From NCBI GenBank assembly GCA_002633005.1, contig NMRA01000366.1:340015-391695 (forward strand): a stretch of 51,681 bases of DNA. The letters are read 5' to 3'. This stretch comes from Phoronis australis. Taxonomy: Eukaryota > Animalia > Phoronida. Below, one piece after another: positions 1 through 13,912 of the stretch. Each line of letters opens with the position of its first letter. Position 1 is the stretch's first letter. Made by a program: the position numbers and the translations under genes. The notes under the pieces were generated by a model. It was not told the DNA's origin. It did not search any database and was given only the letters and a program-made list of their open reading frames with translations.

Positions 1-59
1 CCCCCCATGCCAATCCCCCCTCAGAGGACCTGAATAAGTAATTTAACAAAATGACTTTA

Positions 60-791
60 AAAATAGCTGTTCCTTTTCAAAGGCTTTGTTCGTTGTCTCC
101 AATATTGAAAGTAGGCTTTGACAACAGATCTGCACTGGATGGGAAGATCTTGTTGGTTATCTGCAGTCAAATGCTAAAAACCAATTTTTGTCCGTTCAGG
201 GACGATGCAGAAGCGATGCATATCTCCTCTGCACGGTACAAGCCTTCAAACCTAAAAACCAAAGGTTACGCGAAAACTGACGTGATAGATTTCCATTTCA
301 ACGTGTAATAGATTTCCAGAAGACATATGATAGGGAGTAAACAAATACTAGTCTAATGCAATGGATATTTATCACTCACGTACCCTTTGCCATTGGGATT
401 GGATTGTAATCTTAACTCATTAAGCTGTATCGAGTTGACAGCATAAATACTCAGCATTGATTGATGTAACTGTCACTGATAAACTTTTAGAAATCATTCC
501 AAACAATAATAATGCTTTGATGTACGAAAAAACCCCGATTGCTACGTCAAGTATCGTATCACATATCACAACATACAAAGATTAACCAGACTCTGGCTGG
601 CGACTGACTGCCGCGAAGTCGACATCGGCGAGCGCCTCAGTTAACAGGCATTGGTAGAATAATCATGGAATAATCGTTAAAATAATCACAAACCTTACCT
701 TTGTATGAGGTCGTGCTTACTTCCTCTCATAGAAACACCCTTTTTACGCAATCTCAGATTTAGTTGGCATGGCTGCAAGCCATTTCACCAT
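60..791 (-). pseudogene. Decayed two-exon SAP-domain gene fragment, possibly transposon-borne
   Basis: LRKKGVSMRGSKHDLIQR|gtaag (exon ends 699) resembles a SAP motif; acceptor tttttag| at 251; the downstream exon has stops and frameshifts. Confidence 0.3.
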
Positions 792-3700
792 GTATTTAAA
801 GGGCTCGCGAAATCGAGGCTGTTAATCTATCACCACTAGTACACGCACGCCCTCTAGTTATTGTAGATTTTCCGAATAGCCCCATTGAACCCGCTTAATT
901 TTTGAGTGCTGAAAAAATAACTTTGTTCAGAAATTGTAACGCACGATTCCACATATTCAGCGATTGCCAAAGAATAAATCATCGTCATTTTGTTTCAATC
1001 GATCCATTAGTGAATACCAAATAGCGCGGGTCATAATAGTAATAAGACTGGATGGATCAACATCAACTGGCGTCCGGTTATACAATCTACCTTGGATATC
1101 ACTGTACTGGGGAAACTTGGTACCCCACGTGTTTACTGTGTGCAACATCGAAATTTCCATTTTGGTGCTCTCTAGCGTAGTGAGAGCAAGAAATTGACTT
1201 CCAATTGATATCCACTAAGATTTGGGTGGGCAGAATTCAATTACTACACAGTGGCTCATTGATATAAAAACAGAGGAATCAATTCCACTGTCAGCCCCTC
1301 CCATTGTTTGATTAGTTTAAGTTCTCTAATTTATTTCATCTTTTTGACACTGGCTGGGATTGAAATTCTCCCTCTTTATCACCAGCAGCCACTGGCTCTG
1401 CCGTGAATATATCTTTGCACTGGGAAATGTATGGAACAAGACATCCTTGCTCATCAATTGATATTTCGAAAAGTTTGCCTTTTTGCGTAAAGTGTTGGTA
1501 CATCTCACCGCACAGCAATAGGAATTTGCCAGCATTATAGCAGCAGGAAAAGTGTTAGAAAGCTGTTTATACCAGTAGGAAAGTCCGCTAACGGATGAGG
1601 CAAACAGCTTGATTCAGGCAAAGGTTGCATAATTGAAAATGACCTTTGGTCTTAGAAAAAAATTGGCTCTGTGTATGCCATTAAACAACAGGACGAAATG
1701 TATATTGCAATGTTGTGTTGTGGCATACTTAAGGCTATTTTGAACGATGCTTCAAAAGAAGATTAAATATCAGTGGTTTATTGAGTCAAAAATAACATCT
1801 ATGGACTCTATTCCGCCTGTGGTTTTAATCATAAAAATGTGTGTTAGCTTGCACAAAATTGAATCCAAACATTTTAAACTCATCATTGTGCAAAGCAGGT
1901 GTCCCACAGTAACAGTCCCATTTCCTCAACAGTGTTGAGTATTTCTTGTGTTTTATTCACTTCTTTGTTAATGTTTTCCATCACAGCTGAATGTTCTAAT
2001 TTCACGTTTTGCTTCATTTTCAAGAGTGAAGCTGTGAGAATGACCCGGCTGTTGCCCGTCACCACAAGTAAGCAAGATGCTCAAGATATTCTTCAACAAT
2101 TGTTGGACACCAAACTGAACTGTTCACAACCCAACCTTCATCATCTCCAGGATATTGTGTGCTCTCACAATAAACCTGTCTTCACAAGTTTAATGGACAT
2201 TTCCAGTGTCTGCCACAGTCAAAGAAGTGATTCTCAAACATAAACCTATACACTATACAGACCTGTATTGAGTGTAGTGCCTGCTATTTTGGAAGAAAGG
2301 ATTTAGACTCAGTTTCAGTTTCATGACAATGTATGAGTTTTGGGAAATTCTTATGTTGTTTTTTCTATTTTAAAAACAAACAACTAGACATGTTCCACTA
2401 AGAAATAAATATATGTGATATAATGTTTGTGTAGAAGTATCATCCATGTAGATCAACGCGATTGATTAAAAATCTATTCCAGTCATCCCAAGTACTGTGT
2501 TGTCATAGCAACTAATTCAAACAAAGATGCTCTCAGAGACAATTGCATGAAGCCAGTAGTTTTCAGTAATAGATGTGTCCTCAAAATTTAGGCTGCTCTA
2601 TCTAGAACAAAAATGAAAATGTGTGCGTTTGTACCTAGAGTTGAGAGGTGTGGTACTTTGTCGCAAAACGTGGCTGGGATGGATGCCTCTCTTCTGAGGT
2701 GACTCTTACTCACGATTGCACAACACTTCAGTACCTAGCGCCCACTTTTCCCATTTTCGAGATTGCATTGAGAACTGTTGTAGTGTGGCGCTAGTGTAGC
2801 AGGAGACTTGGGATACAACTTCATTTCAAAAGGTGCAATTGCTTCTATATGTTACACATGGCACTATAGGCAAAATGACAATTGAATGGAGCGCTGAACA
2901 AATGCTGTAAACTGGAAGGTGGGCTTGCTAAATCGTTGGTACTGTGGATCTGAGATCATCTTCGTGGCTGGTTTTAGGCATGATTATGTGTCTAAATATT
3001 GAGTTGTTTCCATGACACTTTTGACATAAATATACAGTACTGTTACCACCAGCAGATATATTAACGAAAAGGTGCGTTTTTCTTTGAAAACCCTTAATTT
3101 TGAGTCCTGCAGAAATATTTCGTAGCAGCAAAAGGGAGAATCCTGAGAAGTCTCCATCTTCACCAAAGAAACATTAAGAAGCAAGCGTGGGTTTTGTTTC
3201 CTACTGATTTTTACTAAACTGCGCCATTAAGTAGATGAAATGACTATGAAACAATTAGGATCACTCTGCCCAAGACCAGGGTACTGGCTCTTGAGTTTCT
3301 TTGGCCGGTTTCATGAAATTGAGTAGAATGGGGAGTTAGCTATGTTCCCTAATTTATTAGGACATTTGTAGCTGCTTGGTCTTCATCACTATGTCAAGTT
3401 TTAGCTTTGGTAAATATCCAGAGTAAATTAGACCTACGTTCCCGTGTTGGTGAAACAAAGGTTTTCAATAATTATTAAAAAATAAGTTAAGTAGATATAT
3501 GAGCTCACATTAAAGATAGAGTAATAAGAAAATGTGCCATAAATGAGTAAACAAAGTCAGCGTAAACAGAATATGACTGTGACATCGGGCTTATATATGG
3601 ATATTGGGGCATGCGCATTGAGTTTGCACGACTTATGACCAACGCAATACGTTGGTGACTCGGACATTTAAAGTTAATGTTCAAGCTTTCTTTACTCTTA

Positions 3701-4160
3701 GAAGACTAGTTTTGCAAAATTTTAACATAAAAATCGGCGTGTGCGTTCCAATTATCCCATATTTGATGCTACCAAATAATTAAATCTTTATAAATTTCCC
3801 ATTAACGTTTTCAACGGAAGTCATACTTTACGGCTTTATCGGAAAAATTTGTAATTATAGAACAAACCAGTTTGTTCCTAACCATCGACACACAATCACA
3901 CCCTGATTGGCAATTTTTAGCCGATTGTAACGTGTGTACTAACGAGTATTAACTGGTAACTCCTGCCGAAACGCCATTCACGTCTTGGAAGCCTATCGCT
4001 GATGTAAATTACGTAACCTTTTATTTCGTCACTTGTGACGACAAACTTGTGAATTGATGTTAAGCAAGACATCACTTATTGAGGGTAGGTCAGGGAACAG
4101 CGGAAACTAAACGTAGTGGAAAGTAGGCAGGCCGTACGGAATGGAATATCAGTTGCCATT

Positions 4161-4365
4161 ATGCGGCCACCGTCGTTTGCGATTGTTGTCGTTTTGACGG
4201 CTAGCTGTTCTGTAATTAGTGACAACGGCGTGATCTTCATGGGTGACGGTGCTAGTCACTGTGGGAATACGTACAAAGTACCACTGAACATCCAGTCTCA
4301 CCGGGAGATTGGCGAAAATGGTTCCCTGTCAACCTCGTGTACCCTCACAGCCTACACTGAGAAGG
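4161..4365 (+). CDS. CUB-LDLa-TM gene exon 1 (signal peptide, start of CUB)
   Basis: ATG at 4161, ends AAG G|GTAAAT. Confidence 0.8.
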
Positions 4366-7300
4366 GTAAATATGTCTGTGCTAAACAATGTTTTATATTA
4401 CTTGCTTTGACATTTCATGAGTGAACACAAAAAAATGATTGGAACAGGACCTGTACTTGCGGGGGTCTCGTTCGATACGTTTCAGTAAAATTCTTCAGTT
4501 ACACCTTTTTCACCCACTCACCAGTGCGTTTTTACTCGAGACCCCCTAGAACGCTCTATATCGATCATCAATGCCAAATCTGATCTGTTGTTATACTGGG
4601 CGAGGACCTTATGAACAAGTCTGCGTGTTTACGTAGACGAACATCTACTAAAAGTAAATTTTTAAGCCGTACAACTAAGCAGGCCTATATACTTTCTGAA
4701 AGTAGAAATCCTGCTGAATTTGATTTTTTACCAATCTGCCATTAACTGAGTAATGATGTCCTTTGAGCAAAATTTAGCAAAGAAGACAGGTGCATTTGTA
4801 ATAAAACAACGGCATAAATCGCATGATCAAATTTTATTTGACATAAATTCTCAAAATTAAATCTCATGGGACTGTTATAGTCTTTTAAATTAAGATTTCG
4901 TTTTCCTTATATGCAGCTTTTCGTATTTTTCCGTTATTTTTCTGAACAGGGCATATAGCGCATAGTATTTGGATCCCACCTGACAATTGTGAGACATTAC
5001 ATTAATCCCAAGTTACTTTTTGTCAAGTCCTTGAGGGTGTCCTTATCGGGTCATAAACAATGGAATGGAACTCGTCTAATTTACAAAAAAATCTAAACCT
5101 ATACTTTCGAGGAAATAACTTGTTATTCATCAAGAAACGTTCACTTACAATGACATCCGAAACGCTTTTGATAACCGTGAACGTGTCCACGTCGTTAGTG
5201 AAGAGATCCCTGCGTACACGCGGCAGGTGCTGTAGCCTCTAGATTTCACCGAGAAAGTTTTCTTGTTAACTTAGGTGGAAATTAAAGCTGCGTTTTGAAC
5301 AATTTATGTGGTTAAAACCGAAAATCTAATTTGACATTTTACTCTCGTACAAAAAGTCAGTCACGTGTTCTATTCCCGCTACTAATGTATGCATATAACA
5401 TCGAAATAATCAGCGACTCAAAAACGCTTCTGAGTTTATTGAGGTTGTACAGACCGAAATTCGCGTTCCAATTCAGACACCATGAAGCGTGCCGAGTAAA
5501 TCGAATGGTCGAGTTAATCGATTACTTCGACGTGAAATTCAACGCCGTCCACTCAGTGCACAAGCACCGAGTGACAGACAGCGAAGTTACACGTGTCATT
5601 TTCGTCCAAAACTGTTTTCTAGACTGACTGACGGTTTCGATGTTCTTCTGTTGGTAACAGAAATGATCCTGTCACGTACTGTTCATCCAAAGAGGCATTT
5701 TATTAGAGTAAAAGGCCCAATAGTAGTACGATTTTTAGCGGTTAAACAATGACCAGGCGGATTTAGGGGGGGGCCTTGGCTGCCGCAAGCAAAATGAAAT
5801 AGTAGCAATAGCGTGAAGCGTGAGGAAATATTGAGTTCACTAACTAGGACCGGTAGCGGGGTAGCGGATGAGGGGGGGGGGCCTCAGAGGTCGCGGTGGA
5901 ATTGTGTTCCGTTTTTGCTTCTTTTTTTTGTTTTGTTTTAGTCCACCGATAGATCTTGTGAACAGAAGGTCTACATACCCGGCCCCATTGCCGATGCCCC
6001 CCCTATATGGTATCCTAGATTCGCCATTGAAGTAACCATTAAACTTCCGTTTCATTTCTAAGTTTATAATATTGTTTCGTGGATTCTAGGGCACGGGATC
6101 TTGATGGTTGTTAACTTCATCAATATTAAGGCCACAGGCGCTGACAATTGTACACACTTTTTGAAAGTGACAAGGTCTTTAAAGACTGGCAAGACTGAAA
6201 GCCAGGTTTTGTGCGGTGCAAGAAAAGGTGAGAATTGTCCAACTGTCGCTCAACTAACGGAGCAGGCAAGACGTGATTTGCTGATTGTTAACTTAGCTAT
6301 GTTACCGTCGTGCTGTGGTAGCGGAACTGTTGAAGGCGCTTTTTGTCCGTTGTCAGGCTTTTAGTTTCCCCAACGTTAGTACGCCACATGAGGGATAAAA
6401 CGAATTCTTGTCTGCTGTATATGCTTAGAGGCATCTGCCCCCCTGTCCACACCGGCTACGCGGCGGGGCCCTTAACCGTGACGTCACCGTGGGAAACTGT
6501 GTCGACGGGGGTGGGGGGGGGGCGGGAGGTAAGCTCATAAGTGACGGCCAATGAAAATTATGATGCCCAGAGGCAACTCAGAATGATTTATAAAGCTCCC
6601 AGACATAGATTAAGAAACTCCGAGAAACCCTGCGATAGCATCCAGCAATCCAGGCACACGAGCTTAAGTACACTACTGCGCCTATTATATCATATCCAGA
6701 ACACGGCGCATACATGTACACCTTTGTAAAATGAGCAAAATCGAGATGCAGCTTTTTACTCAATTTGCGAGACACTTGACTTCTACGTCACAAAATGGAA
6801 CGCAAAAGCTCGTCATAAATACTTTTTAAACAATCCTAACGAAAATATAGGCTACCCATCTCGCAACATTTACGAGTTATTCACTTTAAAAACACCGTAA
6901 GGGAATTTCGAGAAAAACTCTTCTCCTGTGCTCTTCAAAGAGTGCGTGGTGCTGGAGTACATCGCGTACAATTGTGATGACCGTATTGTCCGGTGTGAGC
7001 GAGACCCCCATTAAGCGGCCATAACCTGTATAGTTTAACATCTGCTTGATCATGCTCGCGAATTTTCAAAATGCATAAACCAATAAATTTCGTACACCAT
7101 GTCGTGAACACATCCACTAAAACAAGAAACTGTAGGAACACCGCATTTATCCACCTTCACTCTTATCAGGCTTCTATTGTGAGTCAGCATGCGTGAATAA
7201 TTGGCTGATAAGCCACCTCTGGAACTACTTTGGGCTGAATGGATGACCAGGCCATAAAATGATAATTAGCCAAGACCAGTTACTATAATGCAACAAAGAA

Positions 7301-10300
7301 CAAGTAATAATGTCTTGCATCACCTAGCCTTGGTGGAAAGCTGTATACTGTATTGGCTCAAACAAACGCTTAGAAAAATTCATTTCACGGGGAGGGGACG
7401 CTTATTGTAGTGAGCCTACGGCAGTTGAAACCCGGTTTCCCAAACGGGTAAAATCGGAAGCTAGGATTCATCAAATTTACGCTCTGTGACGTATTTGTAG
7501 CCTATGACAGCCTTTCTACAAAATTGTGGTGCATTGCTATCAACTTCCGTTGTTAAATTACGATAATTTTTCAAAAAATTGTGCTCATCACAGGGCGAAA
7601 ACTTGCCGACTGATGCGTCGCTGAATCGCGATCGTCAATAGGAAAACTTGTACTCTTGAATAAAAATATAGTTTCGACTCAACAAATTACCTGAAATCTT
7701 CCTGATGTTTTACAATTTTTAAAGTTCCTGTGGAGTCCAGATTAATTGCGATTAAGTCCAAATGTGCGCTACATCGTACTCCACAACACGAGAAAAATCT
7801 CTGGATGAACACACATGTTGTTGTCACGTGACGTTTGTTTTGAAGGTCGTCTGCGTATGAGAGTGAGTGAGCGTGCGTGTGCGGGTCATCGACGATAGAC
7901 TTTTTTGTTACAAAAGGCGGAGGATTATGCAAGAAAATGGCGTTTACTAGATTGTTTTTCACTTAAACGGCTGTAACGTGCAAGGTGAGTGCGCTCGCAG
8001 AGTCACATCTCGGAAGTTTCCGGTTTGACGGATGACAAAGAACGATCTCAATGAAATTACACAAAGTCGTTTTAGAGCTTGTAATAGCTATACAAAACGT
8101 ATTTTGAGTATTAAAATGCATTTTTTCCAAAACCTAAATAACACACGGAGTAGTTCTACATTTATACAATCCTAACTTGGGTCCTATATTTTTGTATTCG
8201 TGCGCGCCGAATGAAAGTAATCGTGAGTGTTTCTGTGTTGCAAAATCTCTTATCCTGGGCCGATTTGAAAAATTCAAAGTTGTATTCGTATTTGTTTTCG
8301 CTCCTCTTTTCAAATATTACAGTAAAAACTACGTAAAATTCTCTCCATAAAAAGTACAGTTGTTAGGCTAGACTGTAATCAGCTGATCATATCCGCATGA
8401 GCGAAGTCAATTATCCTCGCTCGTGACTCGATGAATAGAGCAGCTTGGCGGCATCCCTTTGACCATGAGCCGAGCGCGTCTCAGCCAAGGTGGATAAATA
8501 CGGTCTACTTCAATTTTCCATACCCCGCCGTTTACCTTAAACACCGGGGTTAGAACCAATTTTATTTAGTGGGAATGTTCATAGCATGCAGCAGGCCTAC
8601 TGTTTTTGATTTTTAAAAATCGATGAACTAAAAATCACGAAGAGAAGCGACAGTGGGTATTGATATACTCGGAGGATTTACAAGCGCTGATCGTAATTAA
8701 TATCACATGGTTTATTCTTTTGGTACATGTATACAACTAAACTTACAATACGACAAATAAAAACAACACAGGGTGACCAAATTAGTTATCACTAGCTTTT
8801 ATGCCAGCGCTCATCGCCTAGTCGTGTCGAGCTATTTGATTCGAGTAGTAACACACTACTGGAATTTTGTGATAACGGGAATGTGCAAAATGATGTCGAA
8901 GACTATAAGGCTAGCTTCAAAGTCAATTCAAACATTCAAAAGCAACAGATGAGATGGGTCGGCGGGCAGCTCAGATAAATTCTAAGTTTAACTGAAAATC
9001 TGCCAGTTTTGACACCTTACAAGCTTAAAAATCATATTAAAGATGGCAATGCGGCAAGAAACAAAACAACTCTAGACTATAGTACTAAAAATAAAATGAC
9101 GAAAAACGGTATGAAACATTTAAAACCAACCGCTCGTTTGGGAAGTGCGGGCCCTTTGTCAAGATGAACCCAATTAAGTTGCCGTCACGTGTTCGTTATT
9201 TTTCAATGTTTAAAATGTACCAAAGCAAAACTGTACTTTCGACATTCTAGGCTGTACCTGCGCAAGTGCCAGAGAAAACCACTGATTTCGGTGTAATAAC
9301 AACCAACACTGTTGAGAAAGCAGTGCTAGCTAGCCATTACCTTTCTGTTTCATTAGCTGAATGCAAATGGCTTGCACTGAGAATAGGTATTATGAAAGTT
9401 GTCTGAGGGCAATCTCAGAGGTGACCACTGAGTGTAAGCAAGAAATTCTCCACATGCAACGAAGAAAAGCAGTCAACTAATTACAACGTGTTTGACGTAA
9501 AACTTCACTGAACATTCTACAGATTTCAGAGAAGCGTCGTACACGAATAAAATCACTCTAACGTTAGTTACCAACGGAGTTGTCCAGAGACCTGCTTTCG
9601 CCCTGAAATTAATTAAATTCAAACCCAAGGGAGACTCGGCGACATGTCCTCGGGGCACAGTCTCGTGCGACTTCGACAGGTAAGTTAAGCAATGCTGATA
9701 TTCACTCGACTAGAATGGTCTCATATGTTCAAAAGCAAGTTATGTCAAAAATTTGCTGCAAGTCTGAACTTGGTGATCTACTAGAAGTACTTCAAGTGAA
9801 ATGTCCCAGCTTTCGCGCATCACTGAAAACACCGGAATAAAAACTGTGAGCAGACAACAACTTGCGTAAATATAGGGTCCACGACGATAAAACTAATCAG
9901 TTCATTCAAACGTATGGATTTATACCGGCTAAAAAACACACAACCGATAAAATTGTTTTAAATAAATTCAGATTCCACCGGCCCATGCAGCGGACTTATC
10001 ATTTCTGAAAATTTTAGGACAAGTTGAAGGTTCAACTGATTTTAAGGGTACTTCGTGAAATCGTAGAGACGTAATCAGTAACATGAAAATGTGAGTATTT
10101 GGAAACACAATAAGCTCATGGCCGCAACAGGCACCATTGATTGAAGGCGTTTTTAGATATGCCACTGAGATAGGATCGATGGCGAAACAATCACAGCATT
10201 TCATCTTACTTAGCCCGTTGCGATAGCACAGGTAGATTTTGGGTACTGAAAACAACTACCCTACGACCAAGACAAATGTGAAAAATGCAGACGGTATCCT

Positions 10301-13300
10301 TTTTTTTTCTAACGTCAATCGCGGTTGGATGCCCTCCCAGCATCGCACAATTGGGTATGCCACTTATTAAACTCATGAGCTAACTGCGACTGACATGTAT
10401 GACCCATCGTTTCCTTTGTGGTTAACTTAACATTGATTTCAAATTGCGGTGCCCATGAAGTTTGAAAAAGATTACCTTTGTTAAAAATGAATTAATCGGT
10501 TATGACCAAGGATGACAGAAAATATGTGTTAGGTGGCAGCCCGCTGTGATGCAAACATTAGGATGTGATTTTGGCATTTATAACACTATTTTACAGGTGT
10601 TTGGAGAAACGATACACATGCGACAGTGTAAATCACTGTACTGACGCTTCTGATGAGGATGTAAGTAAACGAAATAAAACATGTCGAAGTTGGCGATGAT
10701 TGCTTCGAGCAACAAAGGCAACTCATGGGCGGGGCACAATAGGGGGCTGGGCTATAGCCTCCTCACTTTTTCTCAGTGCTGCGCCGCCCATGGTATATCG
10801 ACGGTGCACCACAGGGGGCTGGGGTGCTTTAGCCCCCCACTTTTTTCAGTACTGCGCCGCCTAGGCAACTATAATCTACAAATTGACATGTGTATAAACT
10901 CCCTCCAAGTTCCTTTAACCAATTGTGAACTTGCAGCTATAAAAACAAGCTCTACACACTGGCCAGTAAACCATTAGGCTCCCAATTTTGGCGAGTCTTT
11001 CGTGGCAGGCAAAGCATGTCACCAGAAACCAGAATTCTAACTTATTCCCGCTTCAGTCTCCACGCCACGATTATACAAGGCTTGGAATGACAAATGACAA
11101 AAGAGGAAAATTGTGCAGGACGTGATGTAGTGTTCCACGAATAGAGACTTGTGTGATAACAATATTTTGTGTGTTGTAAATTTTAACTGAAATCAACGTT
11201 TTTGCACGAATAAAAATTATTTTAAAAAGAGACGGAAAAAGAGGAAACTGGAAACCAAATCAGAGGAAATCGAAACCATAAGAGGAAAACCTAGAGGAGG
11301 AAAATTCCAAGCCCTGGTTATAGCTATCTTTACTTTAAATGTGAATTTTCTATTGAAGAAGTCACGTTGCGGACATGGCGTGCCAATAGTCAAAGAAAAA
11401 GAGGCCACGGAGAAGTTGATACTCGGTATTCCCAGCACCTCCTTCATTGCAGCCTGTGTGGGAGTTGTGGGCACCGCCATATTCATATTGTGCATGGCAC
11501 TGCTTCACAATCAGCAACAAGCCAAGGCGTGAGTTCAATAATTTGATCAAGAGTAGACCTAAAAATCGGAGTAAGTTGTTCAGGATGCTCCAGCACCTCG
11601 TTCGTACTTTACAAAGTTTTAGTGAGAAAGCCATTTGTTCTTGAAAAGCCATATTTGACTCATCAGAACCTAGTGTTATACAGATGTAACATACAGGTCA
11701 CTATGTACAGTGGTAATGAAACTCAAGGGTAATGATTTATACTTTCTGGCAGCCCTGGTTGATGATCAAATTAGAATTGGTTTTAGGGCTTCGTAAGTTC
11801 TGATAGTTCTTTACGGCCAGAGGTCGGGCTCTAAAAGTTGGCTCGCCACCTGGTGTCATTTTATGGACAGAACAACATCCCAAGGAATAACTTACTGCAA
11901 CTTCTTTGAAAGAACAAAAAACCCTTTCCATCGCAGTAATAAAGTAGTTGAGACTAGCGGTTGTAAATGATTTGAATCGAACCTTCAGTTCTAGGATCAT
12001 ACTGTACAGCAACTTTCATGAAAAATTGGATTTGTAAGAAAAGATGCAGTCCACCACAGCCATGGCCAACTTTGTAGGAAGTTCACTACCAGGAAGTATG
12101 CCTTCCTGTTACCCAGAAGGCAAATTCCAGTTACAGTTGAAGTGCATAAGATCACACAAGGTGCATTTTAGTAGGGATAGTCTAATCAATTTACTCAGAA
12201 TCAAAGCTAACGCTGTGATTACACATTGTACGGACTTCGTTACCGACAAGTAAGCTCAGGGACAGGAGAGCATTGGTTTATGCAAGTATGCCATGCAAAA
12301 TCTCGTTTTGCAAGTATAAGCTTACGACCTTGGTAGATATTGCAAAACGTAGACCACAAGTACTTGCGTTTACTCGAGTACCAGCTATTTTCAAGTATTT
12401 CTAACGCAACGTTTTATCACTATGAGCTTGGTTGGCCTATACCAGCACTCAAGGGTGAAGGTGCACGTCAAAACTTGCGTTTTGCAGTTAAATATACAGG
12501 CACCCCAACAATCAAAAGTGCCCCCACAGCATGTTCTTCAGTTGAAAGTGAGGGAAAATAGAGCTATAGAAAACCACATTATGTAATAACCCAATTTCAA
12601 CATTCTGATGATGTGGCGCCACAAGCACTACGTGTTACCCCAATTTCAAGCTGGGAAGCCATTACTTAAACGAGTTTGTTTTGATATTCTTGGCAATGTT
12701 CCAGTAATCTAACAAATCTGTGCTCAAAACATGATAGGTTTTGAGCGCGAGTCTGACCTCGGAGATTAGACGGCTGAGTTGTGCTTTTTATCCCCTCTAG
12801 GAGGAAACGACAACAGGACACTGAATCCCAATCACTGAACTCATTGTCAGCAACCCACGATGATAACAGAGAACAATCAAGAGGAGACATACGCCAGTCT
12901 TCTCGACGCCTATGTCAACAGCTTACGCCACATAACACAATCAATGACCAACAACATCGTTGTTCCTCACTAACTATTGGTCACCCAGAGCTCGAAGGTT
13001 GGAATACACCACACTGTGTGCACATAACGCCAGAAGATTTGGACACAGCACACTCCGTGCACATAACGCCAGACAATAACCTCCATAAACGTAGTGACCA
13101 CCCTCCAACCAAAGTTCACAGCTTCAACAGAAAAGAAACTCAATGGAGCTCAAACTTGTCAGGAAACACAGACACAAGGAGTGTGAATAGCATCCTAGGA
13201 TACCATAACAACAGCAAGCAGAGAACTCGCGACCTATTCACACAACACAGCCAACAGTCAACAAGAAGTCTTGGATCAACAAGGTCCATTCCGCTTCCCA

Positions 13301-13563
13301 CACTGAATTGGTCGCTAGAACCACAACATGGTCTGGCAACGCGTGACTTCATGAACCGGTCAACTCAGGACATAATTAAAGGTGGAAACAAGTCACAAAT
13401 TACCAAACTTAGAGACCTAGTTCACTTCAACTTATACGATGTTAGGACTCCACCCCCGGAATCTAAAACCACCCTCAAATCTTGCTCGTCTCTGCAGCAG
13501 CAGCAACAGCAGCACCAGCAGCAGCAGCACCAGCAGCAGCAGCAAAACTCACACGAATCATGA
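4161..13563 (+). CDS. Type-I membrane protein with signal peptide, CUB-like domain, LDLa module, TM helix and Q-rich cytoplasmic tail; join(4161-4365,6090-6227,9523-9679,10597-10660,11359-11528,12801-13563), ~498 aa
   Basis: Six GT-AG exons in consistent phases (1,1,2,0,2) total 1497 nt. N-terminus is hydrophobic (MRPPSFAIVVVLTASCSVIS). CUB-like pattern CG..C..C..LCG..TNKITLTLVTNG..FALK. LDLa CPRGTVSCDFDRCLEKRYTCDSVNHCTDASDEDKSRC. TM FIAACVGVVGTAIFILCMALL, then a basic RKR. Confidence 0.85.
5752..6029 (+). mobile_element. GGCGGATTTAGG-family MITE
   Basis: Ends CAGGCGGATTTAGG / CCTAGATTCGCCATTG; homologous to 29668-29946. Confidence 0.7.
6090..6227 (+). CDS. CUB-LDLa-TM gene exon 2 (CUB core)
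   Basis: ttctag|GG ... AAAG|gtgag; GHGILMVVNF...NCTHFLKV...VLCGARK. Confidence 0.85.
9523..9679 (+). CDS. CUB-LDLa-TM gene exon 3 (CUB end, LDLa start)
   Basis: ctacag|AT ... GACAG|gtaagt; DFREASYTNKITLTLVTNGVVQRPAFALKL...CPRGTVSCDFD. Confidence 0.85.
10597..10660 (+). CDS. CUB-LDLa-TM gene exon 4 (LDLa)
   Basis: ttacag|G ... GAT|gtaagt; CLEKRYTCDSVNHCTDASDED, the LDLa Ca-binding acidic motif. Confidence 0.9.
10724..10865 (+). mobile_element. Dimeric CATG-ended MITE, copy 1
   Basis: Two ~70-bp units CATGGGCGG..TGCGCCGCCCATG; 5-bp TSD CAACT/CAACT. Confidence 0.8.
11359..11528 (+). CDS. CUB-LDLa-TM gene exon 5 (transmembrane)
   Basis: NAGNAG acceptor (11359 or 11362), last LDLa Cys, hydrophobic helix, GC|gtgagt donor. 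Confidence 0.85.
12801..13563 (+). CDS. CUB-LDLa-TM gene exon 6 (S/T/Q/H-rich cytoplasmic tail with polyQ)
   Basis: cctctag|G acceptor is in phase with the 260-codon ORF 12781-13563; TGA stop. Confidence 0.8.
13495..13545 (+). repeat. Coding CAG microsatellite (QQQQQQHQQQQHQQQQQ)
   Basis: CAG run interrupted by CAA/CAC in the last exon of the CUB-LDLa gene. Confidence 0.9.
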
Positions 13564-13912
13564 GCAGACGACGTTTGCAACAGTTTACTATTAAAAATGT
13601 AAACACATTACAGACCATTTCTACGTAAACAACGATTAAAGTTAAAGAGCATCTTGCATCCCCACAACCACGTATTTTCGAAACATCAGTTGTTGGGATT
13701 TTCTCTTGAACCACTGGCAAGAAAGTCACACAGGATAAAATTAGGTGATGCAAGATGCCATGATTATACATCAAAATTATGACAATCTTTTGAATCACTT
13801 TTCAGCATCTTAAACGTTGGCTCACAAATGGTCCTTGTCAAATGAATCTTTCGTATGGCATTCCAATAACAACAGATATTGACTGTCTATCATATTAGAT
13901 CAACAGCTGCTA

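Noticed and set aside
7917-7984. Extra exon of the CUB-LDLa gene (aag|...|gtgagt)
   Set aside because: In-frame TAA in the required phase; 6227 joins 9523 cleanly without it.
10724-10865. RAG/Transib-like transposon because of the 5-bp TSD
   Set aside because: Termini are CATGGG, not CAC-heptamer/RSS-like, and no transposase is present.
13475-13798. Minus-strand poly-Ala ORF
   Set aside because: Antisense shadow of the CAG/polyQ tract.
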